Shown: in pieces, positions 1-10,180 of the stretch
How positions within the stretch are numbered: position 1 is the stretch's first letter
Layout of the letters: every line of letters begins with the position of its first letter
NCBI GenBank assembly: GCA_009937445.1
Contig: JAACFM010000002.1
Coordinates: 11,551 to 75,550 of the forward strand
Length of the DNA: 64,000 bases
Direction of reading: 5' to 3'
From: Gammaproteobacteria bacterium
Lineage (GTDB): Bacteria; Pseudomonadota; Gammaproteobacteria; Steroidobacterales; Woeseiaceae
The notes under the pieces: model-generated
Databases searched by the model: none
The model's input: the letters and a program-made list of their open reading frames with translations, nothing else
Told to the model about the DNA's origin: nothing
Position numbers and translations under genes: made by a program

Positions 1-1482
1 GCTCTGGCCATTGCGCAGGCAGCAAAGAAAGCTGGCGCCGATATCGAACTGATCCGCAACGGGTCATGGGGTGCATCCTGGCTTGAACCACTCGTCGAGG
101 TCGAGGTTGATGGCGCTCGCATCGCTTATGCCAATGTATCTGCCAGTGATATCCAGAGTCTGTTCGCGGCCGACCTGCTGCAAGGTGGTCCGCACGAGCG
201 TCGTCTGGGCCCGACCGTCGAAATTCCGTATTTGATCAATCAGGATCGCTGGACCTTCTGGCGCTGCGGCCTGATCGACCCGTTGTCCGTAGAGGACTTT
301 GAATTACATCAGGGCTTCAAGGCCTTGAGCAAAGCGCTTGCAGAGGGCGCGGAGTCTGTTCTCGACGCTGTCATGGCATCGGGCCTGCGTGGCCGTGGCG
401 GCGCCGGATTCCCGACCGGGATAAAGTGGCGCACTGTTGCCGACGCGCCGGGCGAGCAGAAATACATCGCCTGCAACGCGGACGAAGGCGATAGCGGTAC
501 GTTCTCCGATCGCATCCTGATGGAAAGTGACCCGATGGGCCTGATCGAGTGCATGGCGATCGCCGGCTTCGCCGTTGGCGCGAACAAGGGTTACATCTAT
601 CTCAGGTCTGAATACCCGCTGACGCATTCCATCCTGTCGCGGGCGATTGCAACGGCCCGTGATGCGGGGTGGCTGGGTAACAACATCAAAGACAGTGGCT
701 TTGATTTCGACATCGAGCTGCACCTGGGTGCCGGTTCCTACGTGTGTGGCGAGGAAACCGCCATGCTCGAAAGCCTTGAGGGCAAAAAAGGCATCGTCCG
801 ATTCAAGCCACCCTTGCCGGCCCATGAAGGACTGTTCGGCAAGCCGACGGTCGTCAATAACGTTGTCACGCTGGCATCTGTTGCCAATATCGTGAACATG
901 GGTGGCGCACGTTATGCCGGTATGGGAATCGACAGATCCAAGGGCACACTGGCGTTCCAGCTGGCCGGCAATATCAAGCGTGGCGGCCTGGTTGAGAAGT
1001 CCTTTGGCATCACTTTGCGCGAACTCATCGACGACTTCGGTGGCGGCACGGCCAGCGGCCGACCGATCAAAGCAGTCCAGGTCGGCGGCCCATTGGGCGC
1101 CTATATCCCGGCTGAGCAGCTTGATACGCCGCTGGATTACGAGGCATTTATCGGTATCGGCGCGATGGTTGGCCATGGTGGCATCGTCGTTTTCGACGAT
1201 ACAAGCAACATGGCACAGCTTGCACGCTTTGCCATGGAGTTCTGTGCCATTGAGTCCTGCGGCAAGTGCACACCCTGCAGAATTGGCTCCACACGTGGGT
1301 TTGAGGTGATCGATCGCATGATCGCCGGCGACAATCGTGAGGAAAATTATGACCTTTTGGTCGATTTGTGCGACACGATGGAAAGCGCTTCCTTATGTGC
1401 AATGGGCGGAATGACACCTTATCCGGTTAGAAGTGTTCTAAAATACTTCGCAGAAGATTTTTCGTCTTCCGAAGAGGCTTAA
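1..1482 (+). CDS. fdsB: NAD-dependent formate dehydrogenase beta subunit (NuoF-like flavoprotein); 5' end lies outside the window
   Basis: Frame 1 is open from base 1, so the ORF-track start at 232 is an internal TTG. Motifs GRGGAGFPTGIKW (NuoF-type FMN/NADH site) and ESCGKCTPCR (4Fe-4S). Followed 3 nt later by fdsA. Confidence 0.9.
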   Translation, partial: ALAIAQAAKKAGADIELIRNGSWGASWLEPLVEVEVDGARIAYANVSASDIQSLFAADLLQGGPHERRLGPTVEIPYLINQDRWTFWRCGLIDPLSVEDFELHQGFKALSKALAEGAESVLDAVMASGLRGRGGAGFPTGIKWRTVADAPGEQKYIACNADEGDSGTFSDRILMESDPMGLIECMAIAGFAVGANKGYIYLRSEYPLTHSILSRAIATARDAGWLGNNIKDSGFDFDIELHLGAGSYVCGEETAMLESLEGKKGIVRFKPPLPAHEGLFGKPTVVNNVVTLASVANIVNMGGARYAGMGIDRSKGTLAFQLAGNIKRGGLVEKSFGITLRELIDDFGGGTASGRPIKAVQVGGPLGAYIPAEQLDTPLDYEAFIGIGAMVGHGGIVVFDDTSNMAQLARFAMEFCAIESCGKCTPCRIGSTRGFEVIDRMIAGDNREENYDLLVDLCDTMESASLCAMGGMTPYPVRSVLKYFAEDFSSSEEA

Positions 1483-1485
1483 TAA

Positions 1486-4320
1486 ATGAATAAGACCCGT
1501 CAGACAGATCTCGGCACCCCCGCCGTCAACACCCAGAAAACCGTCCAGGTCGAAATCGACGGCTTGCCGGCGACAGTTAATGCTGGCAGCAGTATATTGC
1601 GAGCTGCGCGTGAATCCGGCGTGGACATTCCGAAACTGTGTGCAACGGACAGTCTCAAACCTTTTGGCTCATGCCGCATGTGCCTGGTCGAGGTTGAAGG
1701 GCGCAAAGGTTATCCAGCGTCGTGCACCACACCCGTCGAAGCCGGTATGAAAATTCGTACGCAAACCAGCGAGCTGTCGAAGATTCGACGCAATGTGATG
1801 GAGCTTTACATCTCCGACCATCCGCTGGATTGCCTGACCTGTTCGGCCAATGGCGATTGCGAATTACAGGACATGGCGGGTGCCGTCGGCCTGCGCGATG
1901 TGCGCTATGGCCTCGACGGCAAGAACCATCTGGATGCGCCTGTCGACACCAGCAACCCGTACTTTCAGTTCGACGCCAGCAAATGCATCGTCTGCTCACG
2001 CTGTGTGCGCGCTTGCGACGAGGTCCAGGGTACTTTTGCGCTAACGATTCAGGGTCGTGGTTTTGACTCCAAAGTGTCGGCCGGTATCGGCGAAGACTTC
2101 CTCGATTCCGAATGCGTTTCCTGTGGTGCCTGCGTACAGGCCTGCCCGACCGCAACCTTGATGGAAAAGAGCATCGTCGACCACGGTCTACCGGATCACA
2201 AAGTCGTAACGACCTGCGCTTATTGCGGCGTCGGTTGTTCATTCCAGGCCGAAATGAAAGGCGATCAGGTCGTGCGTATGACACCGTACAAAGACGGTGA
2301 AGCCAACCACGGCCACTCCTGCGTCAAAGGTCGTTTTGCCTGGGGCTACGCCTCGCATAAAGACCGCGTGATGAACCCGATGGTTCGCGAGAGCACGGAT
2401 GATCCATGGCGTGAAGTGAGCTGGGAAGAAGCCATCCAGTACTCGGCGAAACGCTTCAAGGAAATTCAGGCGAAATACGGCCGCAAGTCCATTGGTGGCA
2501 TCACCTCGTCTCGCTGTACCAATGAAGAAGTTTACGTCGTGCAGAAGATGATCCGCACAGCGTTCCTCAACAACAACGTTGATACCTGCGCGCGCGTCTG
2601 CCATTCGCCGACGGGTTACGGTCTGAAAACCACACTCGGCACGTCCGCCGGCACACAGCCGTTCGACAGCGTCATGGACGCCGACGTGATCCTGGTAATC
2701 GGCGCCAATCCGACAGTTGCGCACCCGGTATTCGCGTCACAAATGAAGCGCCGGCTGCGAGAAGGCGCCAAACTCATCGTGGTGGATCCGCGCGAGATCG
2801 GCTTGGTTCGTTCACCGCATATTGCCGCCGACTACCATCTGCCGCTTTCCCCGGGAACCAATGTTCCGATCGTCAACTCGCTCGCGCACGTGATTGTCAG
2901 CGAAGGCTTGCTCGACGAACAATACGTTCGCGAACGTTGCGATATCGAATCGTTCGAGTCCTGGAAAGAGATGATCCTGAAACCCGAGAACGCGCCCGAA
3001 GAAGTTGCCAAGGTTGCTGGTGTTGATGCCGAGGCAATTCGCGGTGCAGCTCGCCTCTACGGCAATGCGAAAAACGGCGCTATCTACTACGGCCTCGGCG
3101 TAACAGAACACAGCCAGGGTTCGACCATGGTCATGGGCATGGCCAACCTGGCCATGTTGACCGGTAACATCGGTCGTTCCGGTGTTGGCGTGAACCCGCT
3201 GCGCGGTCAGAACAACGTACAAGGCTCCTGTGATATGGGCTCCTTCCCGCACGAGTTGCCGGGGTACCGTCATGTTTCGGGAGACGATGTAAGGACGGAA
3301 TTTGAAAAGCATTGGGGCGTAACGATAGATCCGGAACCCGGATTCCGAATTCCCAACATGTTCGATGCGGCCATCGCGGGTGAGTACATGGGCATGTACA
3401 TCCAGGGCGAGGATCTTGCGCAGTCGGATCCCAACACCCATCACGTTGAAGCCGCTCTCAGCAACATGGAATGCATCGTCGTTCAGGACCTGTTCCTGAA
3501 CGAGACCGCGAAGTTTGCACACGTGTTCCTGCCCGGCACGTCCTTCCTCGAGAAGGACGGCACGTTCACGAACGCCGAGCGTCGAATCAATCGAGTGCGC
3601 CCTGTCATGCCAGCCCAACAAGGGAAAGACGAGTGGCAGATCACGCAGGATCTCGCACAGGCGATGGGCTACAACATGAACTTCGAGACTTCGGCAGCGA
3701 TCATGGATGAAATTGCAGAACTCACGCCGACTTTCCGCAACGTAAGCTTCAAGATGCTCGATGACATCGGCAGTGTGCAGTGGCCCTGTAACGAAGCCGC
3801 GCCGGAGGGCACCCCGATTATGCACATCGACCAGTTCGTGCGTGGCAAGGGCCTATTCGTCGAGACCGACTACGTGCCGACGGAAGAAAAAGCGAACCGG
3901 AAGTTCCCGTTGTTACTGACGACGGGTCGAATTCTGTCGCAGTACAACGTCGGCGCACAGACGCGGCGTACTGACAACAATATCTGGCACACCGAAGACC
4001 TTTTGGAGGTACACCCGTCCGACGCAGAGGCTACGGGCGTCAGAGATGGTGAGCTCGTATCGCTGACAAGTCGCAAAGGCGACATTACGCTCAGGGCGGC
4101 AGTGACAACGCGTGTGAAACCCGGCGTTGTCTATACGACTTTCCACAACCCCGAAACGGGTGCCAATGTTGTCACCACCGAATACAGTGACTGGGCGACA
4201 AGCTGTCCTGAATACAAAGTGACGGCAGTGCGAATCGCGCCGGCAACCCATCGATCCAGCTGGCAGGAAGGATTTGCAGAGCGCGCCGAGAAGCAGGGCA
4301 AGATCGCCGAAACGAGCTGA
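1486..4320 (+). CDS. fdsA: NAD-dependent formate dehydrogenase alpha subunit (molybdopterin, Fe-S)
   Basis: N-terminal Fe-S cysteine clusters (SCRMCLVEV, CLTCSANGDCELQ, CIVCSRCVRAC, CVSCGACVQACP, CAYCGVGCSF). Long molybdopterin-oxidoreductase body with a Cys (not Sec) active-site context, CARVCHSPTG. Confidence 0.92.
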   Translation: MNKTRQTDLGTPAVNTQKTVQVEIDGLPATVNAGSSILRAARESGVDIPKLCATDSLKPFGSCRMCLVEVEGRKGYPASCTTPVEAGMKIRTQTSELSKIRRNVMELYISDHPLDCLTCSANGDCELQDMAGAVGLRDVRYGLDGKNHLDAPVDTSNPYFQFDASKCIVCSRCVRACDEVQGTFALTIQGRGFDSKVSAGIGEDFLDSECVSCGACVQACPTATLMEKSIVDHGLPDHKVVTTCAYCGVGCSFQAEMKGDQVVRMTPYKDGEANHGHSCVKGRFAWGYASHKDRVMNPMVRESTDDPWREVSWEEAIQYSAKRFKEIQAKYGRKSIGGITSSRCTNEEVYVVQKMIRTAFLNNNVDTCARVCHSPTGYGLKTTLGTSAGTQPFDSVMDADVILVIGANPTVAHPVFASQMKRRLREGAKLIVVDPREIGLVRSPHIAADYHLPLSPGTNVPIVNSLAHVIVSEGLLDEQYVRERCDIESFESWKEMILKPENAPEEVAKVAGVDAEAIRGAARLYGNAKNGAIYYGLGVTEHSQGSTMVMGMANLAMLTGNIGRSGVGVNPLRGQNNVQGSCDMGSFPHELPGYRHVSGDDVRTEFEKHWGVTIDPEPGFRIPNMFDAAIAGEYMGMYIQGEDLAQSDPNTHHVEAALSNMECIVVQDLFLNETAKFAHVFLPGTSFLEKDGTFTNAERRINRVRPVMPAQQGKDEWQITQDLAQAMGYNMNFETSAAIMDEIAELTPTFRNVSFKMLDDIGSVQWPCNEAAPEGTPIMHIDQFVRGKGLFVETDYVPTEEKANRKFPLLLTTGRILSQYNVGAQTRRTDNNIWHTEDLLEVHPSDAEATGVRDGELVSLTSRKGDITLRAAVTTRVKPGVVYTTFHNPETGANVVTTEYSDWATSCPEYKVTAVRIAPATHRSSWQEGFAERAEKQGKIAETS

Positions 4321-4359
4321 CACCGGCTAGCGCGGAATTCGCCTCGATTTGCAGGTATC

Positions 4360-6654
4360 ATGTGCGGATCCTCAGTCGGACGAATAAGAACCTTGTCAGT
4401 CATCGCCGAACTTAGACGTCGAAATGTTGTGCGAGTCGGTCTCGCTTACACCGTCATATCCTGGCTGCTCGCCCAGGTTGGCGAGTTTGCGTTCGAAAAC
4501 TTTGGCGCGCCTGAATGGGTGTTGAAAACTCTGGTCGTCGTCTTGTTGCTCGGACTTCCGCTGGTTTTGATTTTTTCGTGGGTGTTTGAGATGACACCGG
4601 AAGGCCTCAAACGCGAAAAGGATGTCGACAGAAGTAATTCGATCACTTCAACGACAGGTAAGAAACTGGAGTACGTGACGATCATAGGCATCGTACTCGT
4701 GCTCGGAGTGGTACTAAGCGATCGAATATCCTCTGATGATCCCGCCATACTGGACTCTCCAGCCGTGGCAACTGAAACCGTTGCCGCTGCGCCCGCAGAA
4801 ACCGTCAGCGATAAATCTATCGCGGTCTTGCCTTTTGTTTCGATGACAGCGTCGCAAGAAGACGAATTTTTCGCAGATGGCTTGTCCGAAGAATTACTCA
4901 ATGTTCTGGCGAAAATTGAAGGGCTGAAAGTCGCGGGTCGCACCTCTGCCTTTTACTACAAGGGCAGAAACGAAGACTTGCGATCGATCGCAGAATCGCT
5001 GGGCGTCGCGCACATTCTCGAGGGTAGCGTACGCCGCTCCGGTAATCAGATTCGTGTCACCGCACAGCTCATTAAAGCGGATGACGGTTTTCATCTGTGG
5101 TCCGAAACCTATGATCGTGCGGATGGCGACACGTTTGTTATCCAGGACGAGATTTCAGGCAGTGTTGCCAGGGCGCTGCAGGCCGAAATTCTCGGTGGCT
5201 CCGCTCCGGCTGCCAGTGGAGACAGCGGCTCCGTAGAAGCGCGAAACCTTTTTCTGATCGCCCAGGCCTCTCTTGCCCGGCGGACTCTGGTCGACATCCG
5301 CGCCGCGCGGGATCTCTATGCGCAAGCTTCCGAACTGGATCCGACCAACCCCAAGTATCTTGCCGGCTACGCGCAAGCCGTAGCGCTGCAGTACTGGAAT
5401 TTCAGGGACATAATGCCGGATGAGGCGATTTCGGATGCGGGTGCCGCGATCAATCGTGCGCTGTCGATGCAAATTCCGAGCGCCGATACACTGGCAGTTG
5501 CTGGCCTGGTCGAAGAGCTAAAGGCATCTACAGCAGAAGATCCCGACGCGAAAGCAGCGGCATTATCGTACTATCAACAAGCTATCGCCCTCGACTCAAG
5601 CAACATTCTCGCGTTGCAGTGGCTCGCCTCCATCTATCTCGACATCAACGAAGCGCGAAGCGCCCTTGAGAATTTTGAAAAAGTTGTTGATCTCGATCCG
5701 CTCAACACACTAGCACTCACGGGGCTCGCGAACGCCTACTATGCGGTGGGCATGATCGAGGAATCGCGCCTGCATCTATTCAAAGTCCAGTCGCTATTTC
5801 CACACCTGGGAATGAGTTATCGATACCTCTCACAAACCGAATGGGCTTCCGGTCGGCTCGACAAAGCCAGTTTCTGGATGCAGCGCGCAGCGGACGTTGA
5901 TCCGAATCCACTTGAAATTTATGCGAGCGTCGAGAACTACGCGGCCTTCGGATGGGCCGACGAGGCTCTCGAGGCGGCTGAACGTTATAAGCAATCCAGC
6001 TCAGGAACCGACATATCCAGACTCGTTCAAGCGCGCCTCAATCTCGATTTCGAAAGTCTCGCAATTGAATCGCTGGCGTTGTTCGAGCTTACCGGTGAAT
6101 CCGACTTTGCGGTGCTGAGTGCCTGGGCGGAATCCGTTGCCGGTGATTGCGAAAGTGCTGTTTCCATTCTTGAACGACAATTTCCATCACTAAAAGGTGA
6201 AGTAATTGAGTATATGGACGGTGGTGACCTGATCAATGCCGTATTACTCGCTCATTGCAACAAGGAAATCGGTCGCGATAGTGAGTCGACGCGGCTCACC
6301 GCAGCCCTTCTCGCTTCGGACCTGATATCCGACGAGGCTCTAAAGATCCGGCCAGGCCTGAAGCTGGTGCGCGTTGGCCTGCACGCCGTCGCTGGCGACC
6401 CGCAGTCGGCAATCTATGAGCTGAAACGAATTGACCCGAACAACGCGCCGGTAGCGATTTCAGTACTCTCGCTCCCCCTCGATGATGTACCCATTTTTGA
6501 GGAATTGATCGGCGAAGAGTCATTTACGAAATTCGCCGCCAACCAACGCTACAGAATAGCGCAGCAGGCCAGGATGCTCGCCAGTGGAGAAACAGAGAAG
6601 GAAATTCAGCTCCAGGTAAAGATGGCCGGCTACACTTTGGGTGATTGGCGCTGA
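4360..6654 (+). CDS. Membrane-anchored TPR-repeat protein with TolB-N-like module
   Basis: N-terminal IAELRRRNVVRVGLAYTVISWLLAQV anchor motif plus TM segment. SIAVLPFVSM...FADGLSEELLNVLAK module, then multiple TPR-like repeats (ELDPTNP, ALDSSN, DLDPLN, DVDPNP). Confidence 0.7.
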   Translation: MCGSSVGRIRTLSVIAELRRRNVVRVGLAYTVISWLLAQVGEFAFENFGAPEWVLKTLVVVLLLGLPLVLIFSWVFEMTPEGLKREKDVDRSNSITSTTGKKLEYVTIIGIVLVLGVVLSDRISSDDPAILDSPAVATETVAAAPAETVSDKSIAVLPFVSMTASQEDEFFADGLSEELLNVLAKIEGLKVAGRTSAFYYKGRNEDLRSIAESLGVAHILEGSVRRSGNQIRVTAQLIKADDGFHLWSETYDRADGDTFVIQDEISGSVARALQAEILGGSAPAASGDSGSVEARNLFLIAQASLARRTLVDIRAARDLYAQASELDPTNPKYLAGYAQAVALQYWNFRDIMPDEAISDAGAAINRALSMQIPSADTLAVAGLVEELKASTAEDPDAKAAALSYYQQAIALDSSNILALQWLASIYLDINEARSALENFEKVVDLDPLNTLALTGLANAYYAVGMIEESRLHLFKVQSLFPHLGMSYRYLSQTEWASGRLDKASFWMQRAADVDPNPLEIYASVENYAAFGWADEALEAAERYKQSSSGTDISRLVQARLNLDFESLAIESLALFELTGESDFAVLSAWAESVAGDCESAVSILERQFPSLKGEVIEYMDGGDLINAVLLAHCNKEIGRDSESTRLTAALLASDLISDEALKIRPGLKLVRVGLHAVAGDPQSAIYELKRIDPNNAPVAISVLSLPLDDVPIFEELIGEESFTKFAANQRYRIAQQARMLASGETEKEIQLQVKMAGYTLGDWR

Positions 6655-6995
6655 TCGGGATCGGTCGGTTTCTCGGATTCAGCCGCGTCAGAAAACAGCC
6701 ACGCCTCGATGGGTTTCTTCAGATAGACAGGGAACAGCCAAAAAGCAAGGCCCAGTGCGATCGCTCCCCACGGTGATGCCAGCTGCACCACAAACACCGG
6801 CCACATGAACGCCTGAATGGTGTTCTGGAACGAATCGATAATGAAATTCAGGATGAACGCGACAACCTCTCCGTCCAGTAATAAGCCGATCTCTTTGAAA
6901 TCCTCGATGAACGAACCGGCTTCCAGCACGACAAATGTTATAGCGAAGCCGCAGGCGTAAAGCCCGCCGCCACGCACATTCCAGACCTTTCGCAA
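6630..6995 (-). CDS. Small hypothetical membrane protein
   Basis: 121-aa ORF with about 3 hydrophobic segments and no recognisable family. Its 3' end overlaps the convergent TPR gene by 25 nt. Confidence 0.45.
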   Translation of the reverse strand: MRKVWNVRGGGLYACGFAITFVVLEAGSFIEDFKEIGLLLDGEVVAFILNFIIDSFQNTIQAFMWPVFVVQLASPWGAIALGLAFWLFPVYLKKPIEAWLFSDAAESEKPTDPDQRQSPKV

Positions 6996-7075
6996 CCACT
7001 CGCGAAATCGACCGTGCGACTTACCCGGAAGCGCGCGCGCTTCCGCGGTAAGCCGTGCCTTTAAGGATGGTCTGT

Positions 7076-7627
7076 TCAGGACTTATCAAGCTTGGAGAAC
7101 TTCGATCCTTCGAGCGTCAGGTTGTACATCAGGCCTTTGGAGCCGAAGATGAAGCCAACGACCGGGTCCTTGATGTTGGTGCTATCAATCGTCTTGCCGG
7201 CGCCCAGGTCGATCAAAGCAACTGATCCATCAACGCCGACTTTCCAGCCACTGGAATTGCGAAACTTCTGCAACGATTCTTTCGTCATGAACGCGATAAC
7301 GATTGATTTGGCCTGCGCACCGAGCTGAAAACCGATTGAGCCAGCTGAGGTTCGATAATAGGCAACCGTCTGCCCGCCAACGCGCAAGGCGCCTTCGCCG
7401 GTTTCACCACCGATACCGATTCCCGCCTTGATGACTCTTGGGAATATCAGGTAGCCCGCTGCCTGATTAAGGAACACGTCGGCTCCGTTGACGTCTTCAC
7501 GGAAAACCTGGAGTGCCTTGTTGGACTCTGCATCAATCTTCGCAGCTGAGGCCGCCAGTACTGAACTTGATAACAATACCGCGATCAACAGGCCGCAGGT
7601 ACGAATGATCTTGCCGTGATTTTTCAT
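7076..7627 (-). CDS. Exported SYLF (Ysc84-like) lipid-binding domain protein
   Basis: Signal peptide (LLIAVLLSSSVLAASA). SYLF-type blocks GIGIGGETGEGALRV, GFQLGAQ, GWKVGVDGS, GLMYNLTLEGSK. Confidence 0.8.
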   Translation of the reverse strand: MKNHGKIIRTCGLLIAVLLSSSVLAASAAKIDAESNKALQVFREDVNGADVFLNQAAGYLIFPRVIKAGIGIGGETGEGALRVGGQTVAYYRTSAGSIGFQLGAQAKSIVIAFMTKESLQKFRNSSGWKVGVDGSVALIDLGAGKTIDSTNIKDPVVGFIFGSKGLMYNLTLEGSKFSKLDKS

Positions 7628-7725
7628 TGTTTAAACCCTATTTGTGTATTGGCCATTGTCGGCCAGTGGTTGAGGCTATGATAGCCCATTGTGCGACAGC
7701 AGATTAATGCCTCCTCCCTGAACCC

Positions 7726-8070
7726 TTACTGAACCGACTGTACAACTTCTGGCATGAGGCTCGGTGGTATCGGCGCGCGGCGTCTGTTGGCTTGCGGAGG
7801 ATAACTAGCTGCAAGGTAATCAAGTATTTGCGTTTCTACGTCCGGCTGGAATTGCCACAGATTCTGTGTCGCCTGCATCCAGCGAATGATATCCAGCCAG
7901 GTGTTACGGTCCGCTCGCTGACCGGTCACCAGCGCATGCGAGTGACAACCCCCACAATGTGCCCTGACCTGCTCCCAGCCTGGGTTCTTGATCAGTCCGG
8001 AGGCGGCATCGACTTCGGCAGCAATAAGCGTGCCGGGCAATAGCAGAATCACAAACAGCGCGCATCTCAT
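7726..8070 (-). CDS. Periplasmic mono-haem cytochrome c, SorB-like partner of the upstream molybdoenzyme
   Basis: Signal peptide and a single CxxCH motif (HCGGCH). ATGA overlap with the upstream gene at 8067-8070. Confidence 0.75.
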   Translation of the reverse strand: MRCALFVILLLPGTLIAAEVDAASGLIKNPGWEQVRAHCGGCHSHALVTGQRADRNTWLDIIRWMQATQNLWQFQPDVETQILDYLAASYPPQANRRRAPIPPSLMPEVVQSVQ

Positions 8071-9383
8071 GCGTTGACCCTGACCGCGATGCGGTGGCAG
8101 GCGTTGTTGAGATAGCCACGGGGATTCCAGCCCGGTAAGACCATCGGTTGAGAACGACCGGCGTCATCAACGGCCCGTGCCCAGATTTCGTAGTAGCCGG
8201 CTTCCGGAAACCCGGTACTGGCCGACCAGTGCTGCCATGCCAGTCGGTTCGTCGGTTTTTTCAGTTTCGCTTTTTGCCAGGTCGCCCCAAAATCGATGGA
8301 CGTATACATCGCCTTGACCCGCGAGTCGCCCGCCCATGCATGACCTCGCAAGGCCAGTTGTTGGCCCGCACCGACCTCGATTCCGGACTTCGGAAATGTG
8401 ATCAGCGACTTCACGGGCATCGACTCTATGACGCACATATCTTCGTCTGCAACGGCCGTTCCCGGTGGCACCGGCTTGCAGGGCACCCGATAGGACTGCC
8501 CCGTCATTTTCGCGCCATCATGGACTCGGTCGCGAATCAGGATTCGAGTCAGCCACTTGCCACTGACTGATGCGGGCCAACCGGAACACAGCATGCGTAC
8601 CGGAAAGCCGTGCAGTTCAGGCAAGGGCTCGCCATTCATCGCCCAGACGATCATTGACTCGTCTTCAAGCGCTTTGTGCACTGGCACGCCGCGCGAAATA
8701 GCTTGCTTCGTCGGGTCTCCCGACAGGTGAGTGTCGGCCGCTGCGTACGCGACGTAAACCGCGTTGTCGGCAACGCCGCATTCGTCAAGAATGTCGCGCA
8801 ACCTTACCCCGGTCCATTCGGGGCAACCGATCGCGCCGGTCGTCCACTGATTACCTTTAGCGGGCGGATTGAACTCGGATCGGCCATTGCCACCGCATTC
8901 GATCTGCAACTGCAACGTGTGATGCTTGAATCGCTGTTGAATTTCGCCCAGCGTCATCACCTTTGGTCGCTCGCAGGCTTCGCCTTCGATAGTGATTTGC
9001 CATTCGAGCGGATCAATATCCCGGGTTGACGGTGGTACGCCGTTGTTGCGGACAAACAGGCGCGACGCCGGTGTCACCGGGTCATCAAGTAAATGCGCCG
9101 GTGTCTCGGCGTTGATCGGACGATCATTGAGTAACGTCAGACCGGATTTGCCCGGTATAGAAAAAGCTTCATCGCTTTGGGCGAGCGCCGCAGGAATCAG
9201 GCCGCCGGGCATGAACTTCGCGAAGGGAATGCTCGCGCCCAGTACTGCAGTCATCGCGGCCAGTCCGGATCCCTTGACGAAGCCGCGGCGAGAAACACGG
9301 TCAACTTTTCGCCCCCACACCAGCTCATCAGCGTCGCTTGGGTGATCAGCATAGATCTCGTGCAGGCCTTTTTCTTTCTTCAT
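8067..9383 (-). CDS. Sulfite-oxidase-family molybdopterin oxidoreductase (SorA-like sulfite dehydrogenase), Tat-exported
   Basis: Twin-arginine signal SRRGFVKGSGLAAMTAVLGA. Moco-Cys context IECGGNGR. Length is consistent with Moco plus dimerisation domains. Confidence 0.8.
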   Translation of the reverse strand: MKKEKGLHEIYADHPSDADELVWGRKVDRVSRRGFVKGSGLAAMTAVLGASIPFAKFMPGGLIPAALAQSDEAFSIPGKSGLTLLNDRPINAETPAHLLDDPVTPASRLFVRNNGVPPSTRDIDPLEWQITIEGEACERPKVMTLGEIQQRFKHHTLQLQIECGGNGRSEFNPPAKGNQWTTGAIGCPEWTGVRLRDILDECGVADNAVYVAYAAADTHLSGDPTKQAISRGVPVHKALEDESMIVWAMNGEPLPELHGFPVRMLCSGWPASVSGKWLTRILIRDRVHDGAKMTGQSYRVPCKPVPPGTAVADEDMCVIESMPVKSLITFPKSGIEVGAGQQLALRGHAWAGDSRVKAMYTSIDFGATWQKAKLKKPTNRLAWQHWSASTGFPEAGYYEIWARAVDDAGRSQPMVLPGWNPRGYLNNACHRIAVRVNA

Positions 9384-10180
9384 AACTTCTTCGTCGTTGT
9401 TTGTGCGGCATCCAGAAACGTCTTCAGCATCTGTTGCAGAATATCACGCAAAACACTGGCCTTTTTGGTGTCATAGAGACCGGTCTCTTCATTCATGTAC
9501 GCGCGCTGCGCTATTTCCAGTTGCAACGCATGGATGCCGTTCTCCGGCTTGCCATAGTGACGCGTGATGTATCCGCCCTTGAATCGCCCATTCACTACGG
9601 CAGCAAAAGGACTCTTATGTGCCTCGGCTGCAACGGCTGCTTCGATAGAAGATTCGCAACCGGCACCGCTGTTACTGCCAAGGTTCAGCTCGGGCAACTC
9701 GCCCGCAAACAGGCGCGGCACGATACTCGGTATCGAGTGCGCGTCCCACAGCAACGCGAATCCGTGTTCGTCTCGCAGGGACGCCAGCGTTGTTTGAATG
9801 TGCTCATGATAGGGTCGCCAGTATTTTTCGATACGCACTGCCTTTTCCTCTGCGTCGACATCACCCGAGTGGTAAATGGGCTCGCCGGCAAAGGTCTGCT
9901 CTGGACAGAGACCCGTGGCGACCTGCCCCGGATACAGGGCAACATCGGCGGCGGAGCGATTCAGGTCGACAACGTAACGTGAGTAGTTTGCTACGACAGT
10001 GCTCGCACCCAGGTCCGTCGCGAAGTCGTACAGTCTGGCAACGTCCCAGTCCGTATCGGGAATCGACTTCCCGACGTCGGTCATCCGACTCCTGATATCG
10101 GCAGGAATTTCGCGCCCGTCGTGTGGCACGCTGATCAGAAGCGGCAGATCTCCGCCGTGGTGCCGAAACACCAAACTCAT
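9380..10180 (-). CDS. hutG: N-formylglutamate amidohydrolase
   Basis: FGase family sequence (LLISVPHDGREIP...DAHSIPS). I chose the internal ATG at 10180 because it gives an ATGA overlap with the hutH stop; the ORF-track start at 10219 would overlap hutH by 43 nt. Confidence 0.85.
   Translation of the reverse strand: MSLVFRHHGGDLPLLISVPHDGREIPADIRSRMTDVGKSIPDTDWDVARLYDFATDLGASTVVANYSRYVVDLNRSAADVALYPGQVATGLCPEQTFAGEPIYHSGDVDAEEKAVRIEKYWRPYHEHIQTTLASLRDEHGFALLWDAHSIPSIVPRLFAGELPELNLGSNSGAGCESSIEAAVAAEAHKSPFAAVVNGRFKGGYITRHYGKPENGIHALQLEIAQRAYMNEETGLYDTKKASVLRDILQQMLKTFLDAAQTTTKKL

Noticed and set aside
2812-3825. Long ORFs antisense to confident genes: 304-1176, 2812-3825, 12009-12740, 20219-20992, 23742-24566, 31009-32013, 39518-40414, 41066-41836, 52317-53048, 53899-54612, 59949-60488
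   Set aside because: Each lies wholly inside a gene with strong family motifs on the opposite strand. Their translations are Arg/Pro/Ala-rich low-complexity sequence typical of shadow ORFs in GC-rich DNA, and none has recognisable motifs.
6688-6999. Alternative 103-aa ORF overlapping the 121-aa membrane-protein ORF in another frame
   Set aside because: Its translation is Arg/Gly-rich without hydrophobic segments. The 6630-6995 frame gives coherent transmembrane helices.
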